This document shows positions 1 through 9,550 of a stretch of DNA of 19,674 nucleotides, one piece after another. Origin of the DNA: Octopus sinensis (Eukaryota); contig NW_021824084.1 of the NCBI RefSeq assembly GCF_006345805.1, positions 1-19,674 of the forward strand, written 5' to 3'. Under the pieces are notes generated by a model. The model searched no databases. It was given only the letters and a program-made list of their open reading frames with translations, and was not told where the DNA came from. Every line of letters starts with the position of its first letter. Positions within the stretch are counted from its first letter, which is position 1. The position numbers and the translations under genes are program-made.

Positions 1-209
1 CTGCCACTGCCACCTACACTACCCTTATTCGCAGCAGTAGCATCCTCCGCCTCCTCATCCTGTTCCCCCTGTTCGGCTCCATCATCATTATCATCATTAT
101 CATCATCAGCATAGCAGCAGCAGCATAGTCGTCGTCGTCGTTTTCGTTCAATGTCATCATTATCAGCATTGTTATTCTTCATTGTACTCATTATCATCGT
201 CACCACTAC

Positions 210-410
210 CAAGCGGATAGATAAATAGATAGATAGATACATACATACTACTTATGGTACACACACACTACGTATATATATATATATAATATATTCCTCG
301 CTTTTGTAGATAGATACATACATACATACATACATACATACATACATGCATATATACGTACATACATATATAGTGTGTACACACGTACACACACATAAGC
401 ATATATATAT

Positions 411-448
<38 letters not shown>

Positions 449-461
449 CTCGTTTTTGTAG

Positions 462-517
<56 letters not shown>

Positions 518-530
518 AAGATATAGAATA
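210..530. repeat. Compound microsatellite cluster (GATA)n/(TACA)n/(TA)n
   Basis: Directly visible tandem arrays. They contain a duplicated spacer atattcctcg(c/t)ttttgtag at about 291-310 and 443-462. Confidence 0.95.
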
Positions 531-690
531 TATTTCACAATGTCTAAGTGAAATTATTCTAAGACTGTTGGTATATAATTTGGTGGTGATTTATACCCTC
601 CTCGTAACCCCTTTCACTCGTTATAATTACCCACTGCTGCTATCACTGTGAAAAACTTCCAACGTGTCCTTGAATTTCTAGGAGAGTATA

Positions 691-738
691 TGTGTAATTT
701 GAGGGGTAATTTGTCTGCTATTTATTGTAGGTCAAGCG
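691..738 (+). repeat. Unclassified short dispersed repeat, copy 1
   Basis: tgtgtaatttgaggggtaatttgtctgctatttattgtaggtcaagcg aligns by eye to 881-935, 1862-1929 and 4250-4293. Confidence 0.5.
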
Positions 739-835
739 TTGCCCTCTCCTGTTTTTATTGTTATCGCCACTGGAATAATTCTAACAACCAGTGTTTTTTC
801 ATTTTGAAAGTCGGATTCTTTTATTCTTTCGTACG

Positions 836-873
836 TTTCAGCCCCAAGGTTAAGGCCATGTTCGAGCACCGCC
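836..873 (-). mobile_element. Isolated 3'-terminal motif of the CR1/L2 LINE or SINE family B
   Basis: gtttcagccccaaggttaaggccatgttcgagcaccgcc resembles the LINE ends at 9584-9621 and 10321-10358. Confidence 0.5.
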
Positions 874-880
874 AGAAGAT

Positions 881-935
881 ATGTGCAATTTTGTGTAATC
901 TGAAGGCGCTTTGTGCGCTGTTTCTAGCAGATCAA
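881..935 (+). repeat. Unclassified short dispersed repeat, copy 2
   Basis: tgtgtaatctgaaggcgctttgtgcgctgtttctagcagatcaa shares the motif with 691-738 and 1862-1929. Confidence 0.5.
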
Positions 936-1049
936 TCTACTGCTTAAGTTCCCTCTTCATCTTCCTCTCCTCATGTCGTTATGATTACTCAAAGGATTCT
1001 CAGTGCGTTCTTCAGTTTCTAAGACTGTATTTTCTCTTGACATCCTTCG

Positions 1050-1237
1050 CTTGTTTTCAGTCATTGGAGTGCAGCCATGCTAGAGTACCACCTGCAAGGT
1101 TGTAATCGAAGAAAATCGAACACCTGTATATAGTTTTGTAAATCTGGCACATATTCTGTCGGTCTCTAATTGACGTAGACGTAAACAAACCGACGCCGGT
1201 TATCAAATGGAAGGAGAGAAAAACACAAAGACACGTA
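1050..1237 (-). mobile_element. tRNA-derived SINE family B, 3' half of an older copy
   Basis: Reverse complement matches the 3' half of the plus copy at about 1450-1671 (tgtgttt...gataaccggcgtcggtttgtttacgtc...agagaccgacagaata...tagcatggctgcac...tgactgaaaacaag). Confidence 0.75.
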
Positions 1238-1671
1238 CATAAATACATACTCGTAGCTGTGTGGTAAGAAGTTTGTTTTTCAGCCACATGGTTCCGGGTT
1301 CAGTCCCACTGAGTGGCATCTCCGGCAATGGCATTCTACTATAGCCTTGGGGCAACCAAAGCCTTGTGAGTGGATTCGGAAGACGGAAAACTGAAGGAAG
1401 CCCGTTGTGTACATATGTGTATGAGTGTGTGTGTGTGCGTCTTTGTGTATGGGTAAGTCATTTTGTTTGTACTTGTTCCCCACCTCCGCTTGACGTCTGG
1501 TGTTGGTGTGTTTGCAGCCACGTAACTTAGCGGTTTCACATAAAGAACGACAGAGTTTCAAGCTTTAAAAGAAAAAAGAAATTGATGAAGGGCCGATTCG
1601 TTTGACTTAAGTTTTTCAACGGAGTGCCCCTGCATGGCCGCAGTGTAATAACTTGCAACAAGTAAAAGATA
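1238..1671 (+). mobile_element. tRNA-derived SINE family B, near full length (central domain resembles Deu/Nin-type cores, from memory)
   Basis: Shows an A-box-like tagctgtgtgg, a B-box-like gggttcagtccc, the central gccttgtgagtggattcggaagacggaaaactgaaggaagcccg, a (TG)n linker and the tail gtgcccctgcatggccgcag...caagtaaaagataaaa. Flanked by the 11-bp direct repeat aaagacacgta (1227-1237, 1672-1682). Confidence 0.85.
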
Positions 1672-1837
1672 AAAGACACGTATGGCTTCCACACAGTTTC
1701 CGTTTCCCAGATTCATTCACAAAGCAGTGATCAGCCTGGGCCAATAATAGAAGAAACTTGCTCAAGGTGCTGCCTCACAGTAGGACTTGAACCCCAAAAC
1801 ACACGTTTGCAAAGCGAGCATCTTAACCACACAACCA
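1672..1837 (-). mobile_element. tRNA-derived SINE family B-related, 5' half of an older copy
   Basis: Reverse complement reads tggttgtgtggttaag...ggggttcaagtcc...gcaccttgagcaagtttcttct...gctttgtgaatgaatctgggaaacggaaactgtgtggaagcc, i.e. head plus central domain. Confidence 0.8.
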
Positions 1838-1861
1838 AGATTGTATCCGTATGTGTATAGT

Positions 1862-1929
1862 TTGTAATTTTGTGCAATTTTGAGGGAGATTTGTGCGCTA
1901 TTTTTAGCTAGTTAAGTGACCACATAGAG
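1862..1929 (+). repeat. Unclassified short dispersed repeat, copy 3
   Basis: tgtgcaattttgagggagatttgtgcgctatttttagctagttaagtgaccacatagag is the best-preserved copy. Confidence 0.55.
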
Positions 1930-2260
1930 AACACCCCCACTCCCAGTTACCCCCACACATGCACTTCGTGGTTCCCACCCCCACCCCCATCCCCGTCTTA
2001 TCGTTATGGTTACCGCCACAGCTATCATTATGGCGATAATTACGTTTATGTTAGTTATCTCAGGGCAGGTGGTTAATTGACTTCCGTTGCCGCCGAAGAC
2101 ACTTCAACATTATCAGCTCTGACAATAAATAAATAATGTTTACATTATCTCCTTGTTGTTGTATTCTAATTGTTGTTGTTGTTGTTGTTGCTGCTGTTAT
2201 TCTCTTCGTCAACGTCATCGTTGATGGTCTAGCTCTTTCTCTTTTGGACTAACCAATAAG

Positions 2261-2298
<38 letters not shown>

Positions 2299-2410
2299 TC
2301 TCCCTTTCTCTCAATCTCTCCCTCACACTTCTCTCTTTCTCTGTCTCTCTCTCTGTCTCTCTCTTCTCTCTTTCTTTGTCTCCCTCTCTCGTCTCTCTCT
2401 CTCTCTCTAC
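2261..2410. repeat. (CT)n polypyrimidine tract
   Basis: Directly visible. Confidence 0.95.
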
Positions 2411-2579
2411 CTACCCCGCTCTTTTTATCTGGTCAATAACTACAACTATGAAGATGAATGGACACCAAAACTTCCCTTTCCTTGATAATGATGGTTAGGA
2501 TTATGCGATGATGATGGCGACGACGACGACGATGGTGATGAAGACGGATAAGACGATGATGATGATGATGATGGTATTA

Positions 2580-2633
<54 letters not shown>

Positions 2634-2830
2634 GCTTATGTAATCTCAAATTTTAAAACAAACATAATTTTCTTATGGTTTCTTAAACATTCTCTAGAAC
2701 AACACTATGTACAAAACCAAATATATGGCACCCTAGGCATATCATGAAATTCTAACTTGTTGTCTCTTGAGGTCTCTGGGTGAGACTTGGAGCCAACTTG
2801 ACCAAATGCAAAGCAAAAATAAAACATAAC
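2634..2830 (+). mobile_element. Probable 3' UTR of an RLE-type (R4/Dong/HERO-like) LINE, 5'-truncated, within (AAT)n
   Basis: Flanked on both sides by pure (AAT)n. It contains ttgtctcttgaggtctctgggtgagacttgg, which resembles R4/Dong-type 3' UTR motifs from memory. No coding remnant remains. Confidence 0.55.
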
Positions 2831-2875
<45 letters not shown>

Positions 2876-2877
<2 letters not shown>

Positions 2878-3122
2878 TCCTATCATAGTAGGTGCATTAG
2901 GCATGATAAAAAAATATTCAGACAAATACATAACAAAAACACCAGGACTTACAAACACATATAACATACAGAAAATTGCACTACTAGGCACTGCACACAT
3001 CCTACGCAGAACACTTTCCATACAATAACCATCAGAGCATCACAACAAATCACAGCACATACCCAAGGCACACAGAGCTGCGCTCGGTAGTGCAGTGAAA
3101 TCACGCTATAAAAATAAAACTA

Positions 3123-3125
<3 letters not shown>
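2876..3125 (+). mobile_element. 5'-truncated RLE-type (R4/Dong/HERO-like) LINE: ORF C-terminus plus 3' UTR
   Basis: Translates IPIIVGALGMIKKYSDKYITKTPGLTNTYNIQKIALLGTAHILRRTLSIQ* (stop 3026-3028). The PI.vGALG...QK.aLLGTAHILR pattern is typical of the end of RLE-domain LINE ORFs. Flanked by (AAT)n on both sides. Confidence 0.85.
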
Positions 3126-3180
<55 letters not shown>

Positions 3181-3246
3181 TAATAATAATAATAATAAAA
3201 AGAAGAAGAACAACAACAACAAGAACAACAACAACAAAAATAATAA

Positions 3247-3447
3247 TGTCTTCTATTATAAGCACAAGGCTAGAAACTTGGTGGGAGGGCGCCAGTCGAT
3301 TAGTACGCAAGTGGTACTTAATTTATCGATTCGAAAGGACAAAAGGCCAAGTCGATCTCGACGGAAATTGAAATCAGATCATAAAGACAGACGAAATATC
3401 ACCAAGCATTTCGCCCGGCGTGCTAACGATTCTGCCAGCTCGCCGCC
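3247..3447 (-). mobile_element. tRNA-derived SINE family A, monomer (core resembles Meta/MESC domain, from memory)
   Basis: Reverse complement shows the head ggcggcgagctggcagaatcgttagcacgccgggcgaaatgctt, a degenerate B box, the core gacttggccttttgtcctttcgaatcgataaattaagtacc and the tail ccttgtgcttataatagaagac(att)n. Confidence 0.85.
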
Positions 3448-3492
3448 TTAAGGACAACAACAACAACAACAACAACAGAAGTAATAATAATG

Positions 3493-3556
<64 letters not shown>

Positions 3557-3557
<1 letters not shown>

Positions 3558-3937
3558 CCTTTCTACTATTGACACAAGACCTGAAATTTGTGGGGAGGTG
3601 GCCAGTCGATTTGATCGACGTCACTTCGAAGCTGGTACTTAATTTATCGACCCCGAAAGGATGAAAGGTAAAGTCGACCTCGGCGGAATTGGAACTCAGA
3701 ACGTAAAGACAGACGAAATACCACAAGGGGCTAAACACAGAGAGGACAAACAAGGACAGTCAAATGGATTAAGTCGATAATATCGATCCCAGTTTGTAAC
3801 TGGTACTTTATTTAATCGAACCCGAAAGGATGAATGCAAAGTCGACCTCGGCGGATTTTGAACTCAGAAAGTAGCGGCAGACGAAATACCACCGAATATT
3901 TCGCCCGGCGTGCTAACGTCTCTGCCAACTCACCGCC
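3557..3937 (-). mobile_element. tRNA-derived SINE family A, dimer
   Basis: A full head unit (3721-3937) is followed by a second headless B-box plus core unit (3557-3722) ending agtagaaagg(att)n. The core aaagtcgacctcggcgga appears twice. Confidence 0.9.
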
Positions 3938-4120
3938 TAATTTTTTATTATTTTCAACTCATGGTTAGATGAGGCTTCAGAAAAACAAGTCTATAGACTC
4001 ATTAAAATGTTTCTCCCGAGGAAATCCTTAGTAAAAGGCGAAACATTTATCCGCTCGGGGTAACGAGAAACCAGAATCTATGAAAGAATAATTATTTCTA
4101 ATATATATATATATATATAT

Positions 4121-4231
4121 ATTCACCCATAAGGCATTCGTAGGACCAGTGCTATACTAGAAGACATTTTCCAATGTTCCACGGAGACTGATTGTAAAAT
4201 GAGATTCTTGCCCACACATCCATGCCTTCGC
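4121..4231 (-). mobile_element. SINE family B, degenerate 5' fragment
   Basis: Reverse complement gcgaaggcatggatgtgtgggcaagaa...aaatgtcttctagtatagcactggtcctacgaatgccttatgggtgaat matches the family B head and centre with an internal deletion. Confidence 0.65.
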
Positions 4232-4249
4232 TTATACTCACCTACACCT

Positions 4250-4293
4250 GATTTAGCAGATATTTCTAGCAGACAATGTAATCCTATAGAAGC
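4250..4293 (+). repeat. Unclassified short dispersed repeat, copy 4
   Basis: gatttagcagatatttctagcagacaatgtaatcctatagaagc is a degenerate match to 1862-1929. Confidence 0.4.
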
Positions 4294-4441
4294 TTAATGA
4301 AATTACTTTGATTCAAATGCCAGTCTACTTCTCTCTTACTTTCCTTCCTAACACCCTTCCTATCGCTCTCTCTCTCTCTCTTTTCCTAACTCTCTCTCTC
4401 TCTCTCTTTTTTTCTAACTCTATCTCTCTCTCTCTTTTCCT

Positions 4442-4485
<44 letters not shown>

Positions 4486-4935
4486 ATTTCTCCCTTCTAA
4501 CTTTCCCCTGTTCCACAAACGAAAAAGTTTTCTCTTCAATTCGGAACAATTTCAAAATCAGTGATGAACTGCAATGTAACACCAGATGGCAGGCATGTGT
4601 ACTACTAATGCGCAAACAGCATAAACAACAAAATTAAAATGAAAATAAAAACAATAACAAACATGACAACAAAAACAACAACAACAACAATAATAATAAT
4701 AATAGTAAGAACAATAATAAAAACAATAAGAACAATAAGAACGACTATGATAACATGCACATGAAATTACACACGCGCACACACACATATACATTCATAC
4801 ACACACACAAAATTCTATACAATATTATAAGCATATGTATATAGGCCCATGCATTATATATATATACACACACATATATATATATTATGTATTGTGTATA
4901 TATGTATGTGTCATATATAAATATATGCGTGTGTG

Positions 4936-5015
<80 letters not shown>

Positions 5016-5033
5016 CATGCCACATATATATAT

Positions 5034-5148
5034 AGAAGAAGAAGAAGAAGAAAGAAGAAGAAGAAGAAGAAGAAGAAGAAGAAGAAGAAGAGAAGAAGAA
5101 GAAGAAGAAGAAGAAGAAGAAGAAGAAGAAGAAGAAGAAGAAGAAGAA
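5034..5148. repeat. (GAA)n microsatellite
   Basis: Directly visible, with two single-base phase slips. Confidence 0.97.
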
Positions 5149-5164
5149 GGTGCAATAATAACAA

Positions 5165-5339
5165 CCCCGGTACTTATTGTTTTAAAATTCTGGACATCAT
5201 TTGCAGTTCTGTTTAAGATACGAGGACGGAAGTACTCCAACACCGGTTGTTGAGCTGCAGAGGGAGATAAACATAGACACGAAGAAACACACACACAACA
5301 CACACACGACGTATTCCTTTCAGATTCCGCCGACCAAAT

Positions 5340-5340
<1 letters not shown>
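5165..5340 (-). mobile_element. SINE family B, degenerate middle and 3' fragment
   Basis: ccccggtacttattgttttaaaattctgg...caacaccggttgttgagc...aaacatagacac...cgacgtattcctttcagattccgccgaccaaata is the reverse complement of the family B body. Confidence 0.6.
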
Positions 5341-5384
<44 letters not shown>

Positions 5385-6147
5385 CATATAATCGTAAATA
5401 CATAGAATTAGGAGCACACACATAGAGACAAACGTGTACACAAGCAGGCACAGGCACACACGCTACACACATACATAGAGATAAGAGCATACACAGACAT
5501 ATAGACACACAGATAAACATATACGTGGACGCCTACATAAAGCAATGCAACTCTACACATACTTATATTCACATAGATATGCTTACACATGCAAACAATG
5601 CAAGCAAACACATATACATGCATTTATGAAATAACCGGTGGACTGACAGACAGAAATATGCAATGCGGCAAGTAAAATAGAAAATAAATTCATAAAAGAT
5701 ATGAACGACAAAACTCAATAAACTTCACTAAGAGCATTATTGTAGATACAGTGATAACAATGACAACAATGATGATGCTGACGTCGAGGATAGCGAGTAC
5801 TGCGATGACGACGGCGATAATAGCAAGAAACTTTAAACAATGCTCTTTCATGATAGTGAAATAAATAAAATATCAACAAAAATAATAACTTTGACGGGCG
5901 TAACAATGACTATAGAAGCCAGCCAGCAGTAGCATCACAAACATCACCGCTATCTTTCGCCATAAACAACTGGCATAACATTAATGACAGCAATACTAAC
6001 AAGAACAAAAACTGCAATGTTTACGAGGTTGAAAAACATTAGCAATGATCTACACAAGACAAGAAGGATAACTACGGCGAAGATTACGATGAAGGGAGAT
6101 AACAAGAAAATTTAGAGCAGTCAGTAAGGATCTATAAAGAAGATGGA

Positions 6148-6312
6148 GCAGAAGAAGAAGAAGAAGAAGAAGAAGAAGAAGAAGAAGAAGAAGAAGAAGA
6201 AAAAGAAGAAAGGAAGAAGAAAAGAAGAAGAAGAAGAAAAAGAAGAAGAAAAGAAGAAGGAGAAGAAGAAGAAGAAGAAGAAGAAAAGAAGAAGAAGAAC
6301 AACAACAACAAC
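6148..6312. repeat. (GAA)n/(CAA)n microsatellite
   Basis: Directly visible. Confidence 0.95.
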
Positions 6313-6350
6313 TAGAAATACAACAGCAGCATATATATATATATATATAT

Positions 6351-6499
6351 CCGATGGGATTCTTTTAGTTTCGGTCAACCAAAATCAGTCGTCGAGCAGT
6401 ATAGAAAAAGAGATTTGCACAAGCTGTCACGTATTAGGACTGAACTAGAAACCATGTGGTTCGGAAGTAAGCTTTGTACCACGCACTCACTCCTGCGTC
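6351..6499 (-). mobile_element. SINE family B, 5' half
   Basis: Reverse complement reads gacgcaggagtgagtgcgtggtacaaagcttacttccgaaccacatggtttctagttcagtcc...gaccgaaactaaaagaatcccatcgg(at)n. Confidence 0.8.
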
Positions 6500-7069
6500 T
6501 ATGGTTGTGTTAAAAAAAATACAAATGGGCGACGCTTTAAACCGCTACACTGTAGGATCGACTCTACGACCGAGGAAACGAAATACTAAAAAAAAAACAA
6601 AAAAAAAAACAACTCCGTGTTAATCGCAAGAGAACTTTTAACATATAGCCTTGCCTGTTACAGAAATCTAACAAACAATATTTAATTATATCTCCCATAC
6701 GTTCTAACTTCAAAAATCATACCAATTCTTCCTAAATACACGACGAAGCAAACCAACAATAAAACTGAACTCAAGATCTAATTATGTGATAGTTTCCAAT
6801 TCCAATATCACATATATTAGTTGTCCCAAGGCAGTTTCACTAGTACAAGATTAGTCCGCACACAAATATCTTTCCGAGTTCAGCGGACTTCCACTACTCG
6901 ACATTTACAAGGCATATTGACCAATTAATTTAAACAACTGTTTACATTTACACTCGTAGTATTAAATTTGAACTTTGCTCTTTGCTACATACTTTACCAA
7001 GACGCTGTATGTTTCCACTTTGAAATTTCACAGATGCACTTCCTTCAAGCTATTTTTCACCCCTTTGGA

Positions 7070-7080
7070 GTATCTGTCTA

Positions 7081-7114
<34 letters not shown>

Positions 7115-7353
7115 AGTACTGCAACAGACGTACATATTGCATATATAAATGGCAGGTGTGGAATATACATGTACACACACAAACACACGCGCACACACAT
7201 ACAAACGCATACATATGTACATATATATATATACATACACAAAAATACATATTCAGGCACACAAACACTGATATATACACAATGAAATAACTGCTTTTAT
7301 ATATGTATATATATATATGTGTGTGTGTGTATAAACATGTGTATGCGCGCATA

Positions 7354-7386
<33 letters not shown>

Positions 7387-7391
7387 CTCTC

Positions 7392-7440
<49 letters not shown>

Positions 7441-7769
7441 GTGTGTGTGTGTACGTATGTATATATGTAATGTATATGTAATATATATATATATATGTAT
7501 ATTATATATGTATATACCATACATATATATGTATGTGTGTATATAATATATGTTCATGTATATGTATGTTCTTATATATATATCCATATATATCTATGAA
7601 CATTCCTATATATGAATATATTTGTATATATGTACATGTATATATATATGTATATATATACAAATATACATGCATATATATATATACATATATAAACATA
7701 TATAATATATATGTATATACAAACACAGCATATGTTTTATTTATATAATCTATATATACATATTTAAAC

Positions 7770-7809
<40 letters not shown>

Positions 7810-8216
7810 TACACGCATATTTATAATTATGAATATCTGATATTTTGAATTCGATATGTATAGAAATGAGCAAAGAAGAACATGCATATGTGTATATATA
7901 GGTGTGTGTTTGTGTGAGCGGAAGAAATAATAAAAAAGAAAGAGAAATGGAGAGAGATGCATGTGCTTCTTTTTATGTATGCAAATGTACTTGTCTGATA
8001 TGCAGATGCACACACACACACACACAGGTGCACACATATATGTCTATATGCAAAAATCAGTCTCGCTATCTTCGTCATTCTCTCTCCCCCTCTCTTTCAC
8101 TTTATTCATATATACACGAAATATGTGCGTATGTACATACATATATATAACACACACAAACACACACATACGCACACACACACACACACACACACCCACA
8201 CACAAACACACACACA

Positions 8217-8263
<47 letters not shown>

Positions 8264-8650
8264 TGCATATAAAATATGAAATACATATATGATATCAATG
8301 GATGTATATTTGTTGTATATATATATATGCATTTGAAGCTAGATACATAACATACATATAAAATATATATATATATGTATATTACATATATAATATATTA
8401 TATATATATATATAATGTATACATATATATAATATATATTAATATATATATATGTATACACACATATATATATATACATATATACAGACATACATACATA
8501 CATGCATACATACATACATAGAAAAACATAGATGTATGTACATATATATATATATATATATAGATATATTTTATAAATGTACATACATATGAACATATAT
8601 CTATATATATATGTGTGTTGTTTGTTTGTTTGTGTTTGTGTGTGAATGTA
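7070..8650. repeat. Large compound microsatellite field (TCTG, CA, CT, TA, TACA)
   Basis: Directly visible. It accounts for all listed ORFs in this interval. Confidence 0.95.
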
Positions 8651-9290
8651 TGTACATATGTTATTCAAGTTCATGTGTATGTGTGTATATGTTGGTGTAT
8701 AATAAAAGCATGGGAATTGGTACACAGCTGCAAACAAATCGAGATTTTTCATTTTAATTCGATAGCAAATGAATAAATGTATATACGTGTGTATATAAGT
8801 ATGTGACGTTGATGGTTTTTCGTGGCGTGTAGAAAATCGCACATCGATCGACGTAATTTTTGCTTGGTTTATCATAAATCTTCTACATTCATGCAGTATG
8901 AAATGTATGTATGAGTTTGTGTGTGCGTGTATGTGTGTGATTGTGTGTATGTATGCACACACACATACATACATTATATATATATGGCTGATTTTTGAAG
9001 TCCAATGGTACCCTACATACATATTTGATTATGAATATTTACAAACATACTTTCACAGTGAAACTCAATATACCCACCTTTATAGATAATACCAAATGTA
9101 CATTTTCGGATTTTTCATAATTTTATAATGTGATGTAAGTCTTTGGAATAGCAATTGCATGCGGTTGAAGAGAGCTTTAAACCATCTGTTATGTCGATTA
9201 TACATTGATGTAAGAATAGGTTGTTTTATAAAGCTTGAAACATGTGTACCGCGACATCCTTTGTGCTCTGTTTTTTTAATTTCATTTGAT

Positions 9291-9321
<31 letters not shown>

Positions 9322-9410
9322 CCAGAGTAAGCACATAAATACGAAACAAGGTGGAAAAAATAGTTCTCGAATACCAGAGATAGAGTAATAATGCAGCAAA
9401 AAATATCACA

Positions 9411-9456
9411 AAAACTGTTACTCAGAGTATCACGTTCCCGTTTGTCGGACAGTTTT
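9411..9456 (-). ncRNA. Minimal type I hammerhead ribozyme motif (core-mutated copy)
   Basis: Minus strand reads AAAACTGT-CCGACAA-ACG ggaa CGT-GATA-CT ctg AG-TA-ACAGTTTT. Stem I is a perfect 8 bp, with stems II and III present. The core carries G8A and A14U changes. Confidence 0.7.
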
Positions 9457-9467
9457 GTTTCTAAACA

Positions 9468-9512
9468 ATACTGTCCGACGAACGGGAACGTGAAACTCTG
9501 AGTAATGGAGTT
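9468..9512 (+). ncRNA. Minimal type I hammerhead ribozyme motif (intact variant core, weak stem I)
   Basis: Reads ACTGT-CCGACGA(9475-9481)-ACG ggaa CGT-GAAA(9492-9495)-CT ctg AG-TA(9503-9504)-ATGGA. It has a GUA cleavage triplet and a U4C core variant. Stem I is reduced to U-A, G.U, U.G and C-G pairs. Confidence 0.7.
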
Positions 9513-9550
9513 CTTGTCATATTTTTGCTGCTTTTTAATAAAGTATATAT

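Larger units (their letters stand above)
9318..9545. mobile_element. Probable Penelope-like element (PLE) terminal-repeat remnant arranged as an inverted repeat
   Basis: A ~140-bp imperfect palindrome (9393-9531) has a minimal hammerhead motif in each arm. The right arm is cut off by the LINE tail at 9551. PLE assignment rests on the hammerhead type only, as no RT or GIY-YIG sequence is seen. Confidence 0.55.

Noticed and set aside
2041-2133. Possible terminal exon after tctcag (GRWLIDFRCRRRHFNIISSDNK*) followed by AATAAA
   Set aside because: It is short, has a weak polypyrimidine tract, and has no recognisable homology or partner exon. RNA-seq would be needed.
6527-6590. GC-richer segment with small hairpins and CCGAGGA-aac-GAAA, tested as hammerhead, twister and HDV-like
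   Set aside because: There is no room for stem II, no matching stem III strand, and the required pseudoknot pairings could not be built. It is probably part of an unidentified repeat.
6853-6889. 7-bp hairpin agtccgc/gcggact
   Set aside because: It is short enough to occur by chance in 20 kb and has no associated motif.
9080-9409. Minus-strand 109-aa ORF next to the hammerhead palindrome as a PLE protein remnant
   Set aside because: It runs through a (TA)n tract and shows no RT or GIY-YIG motif.
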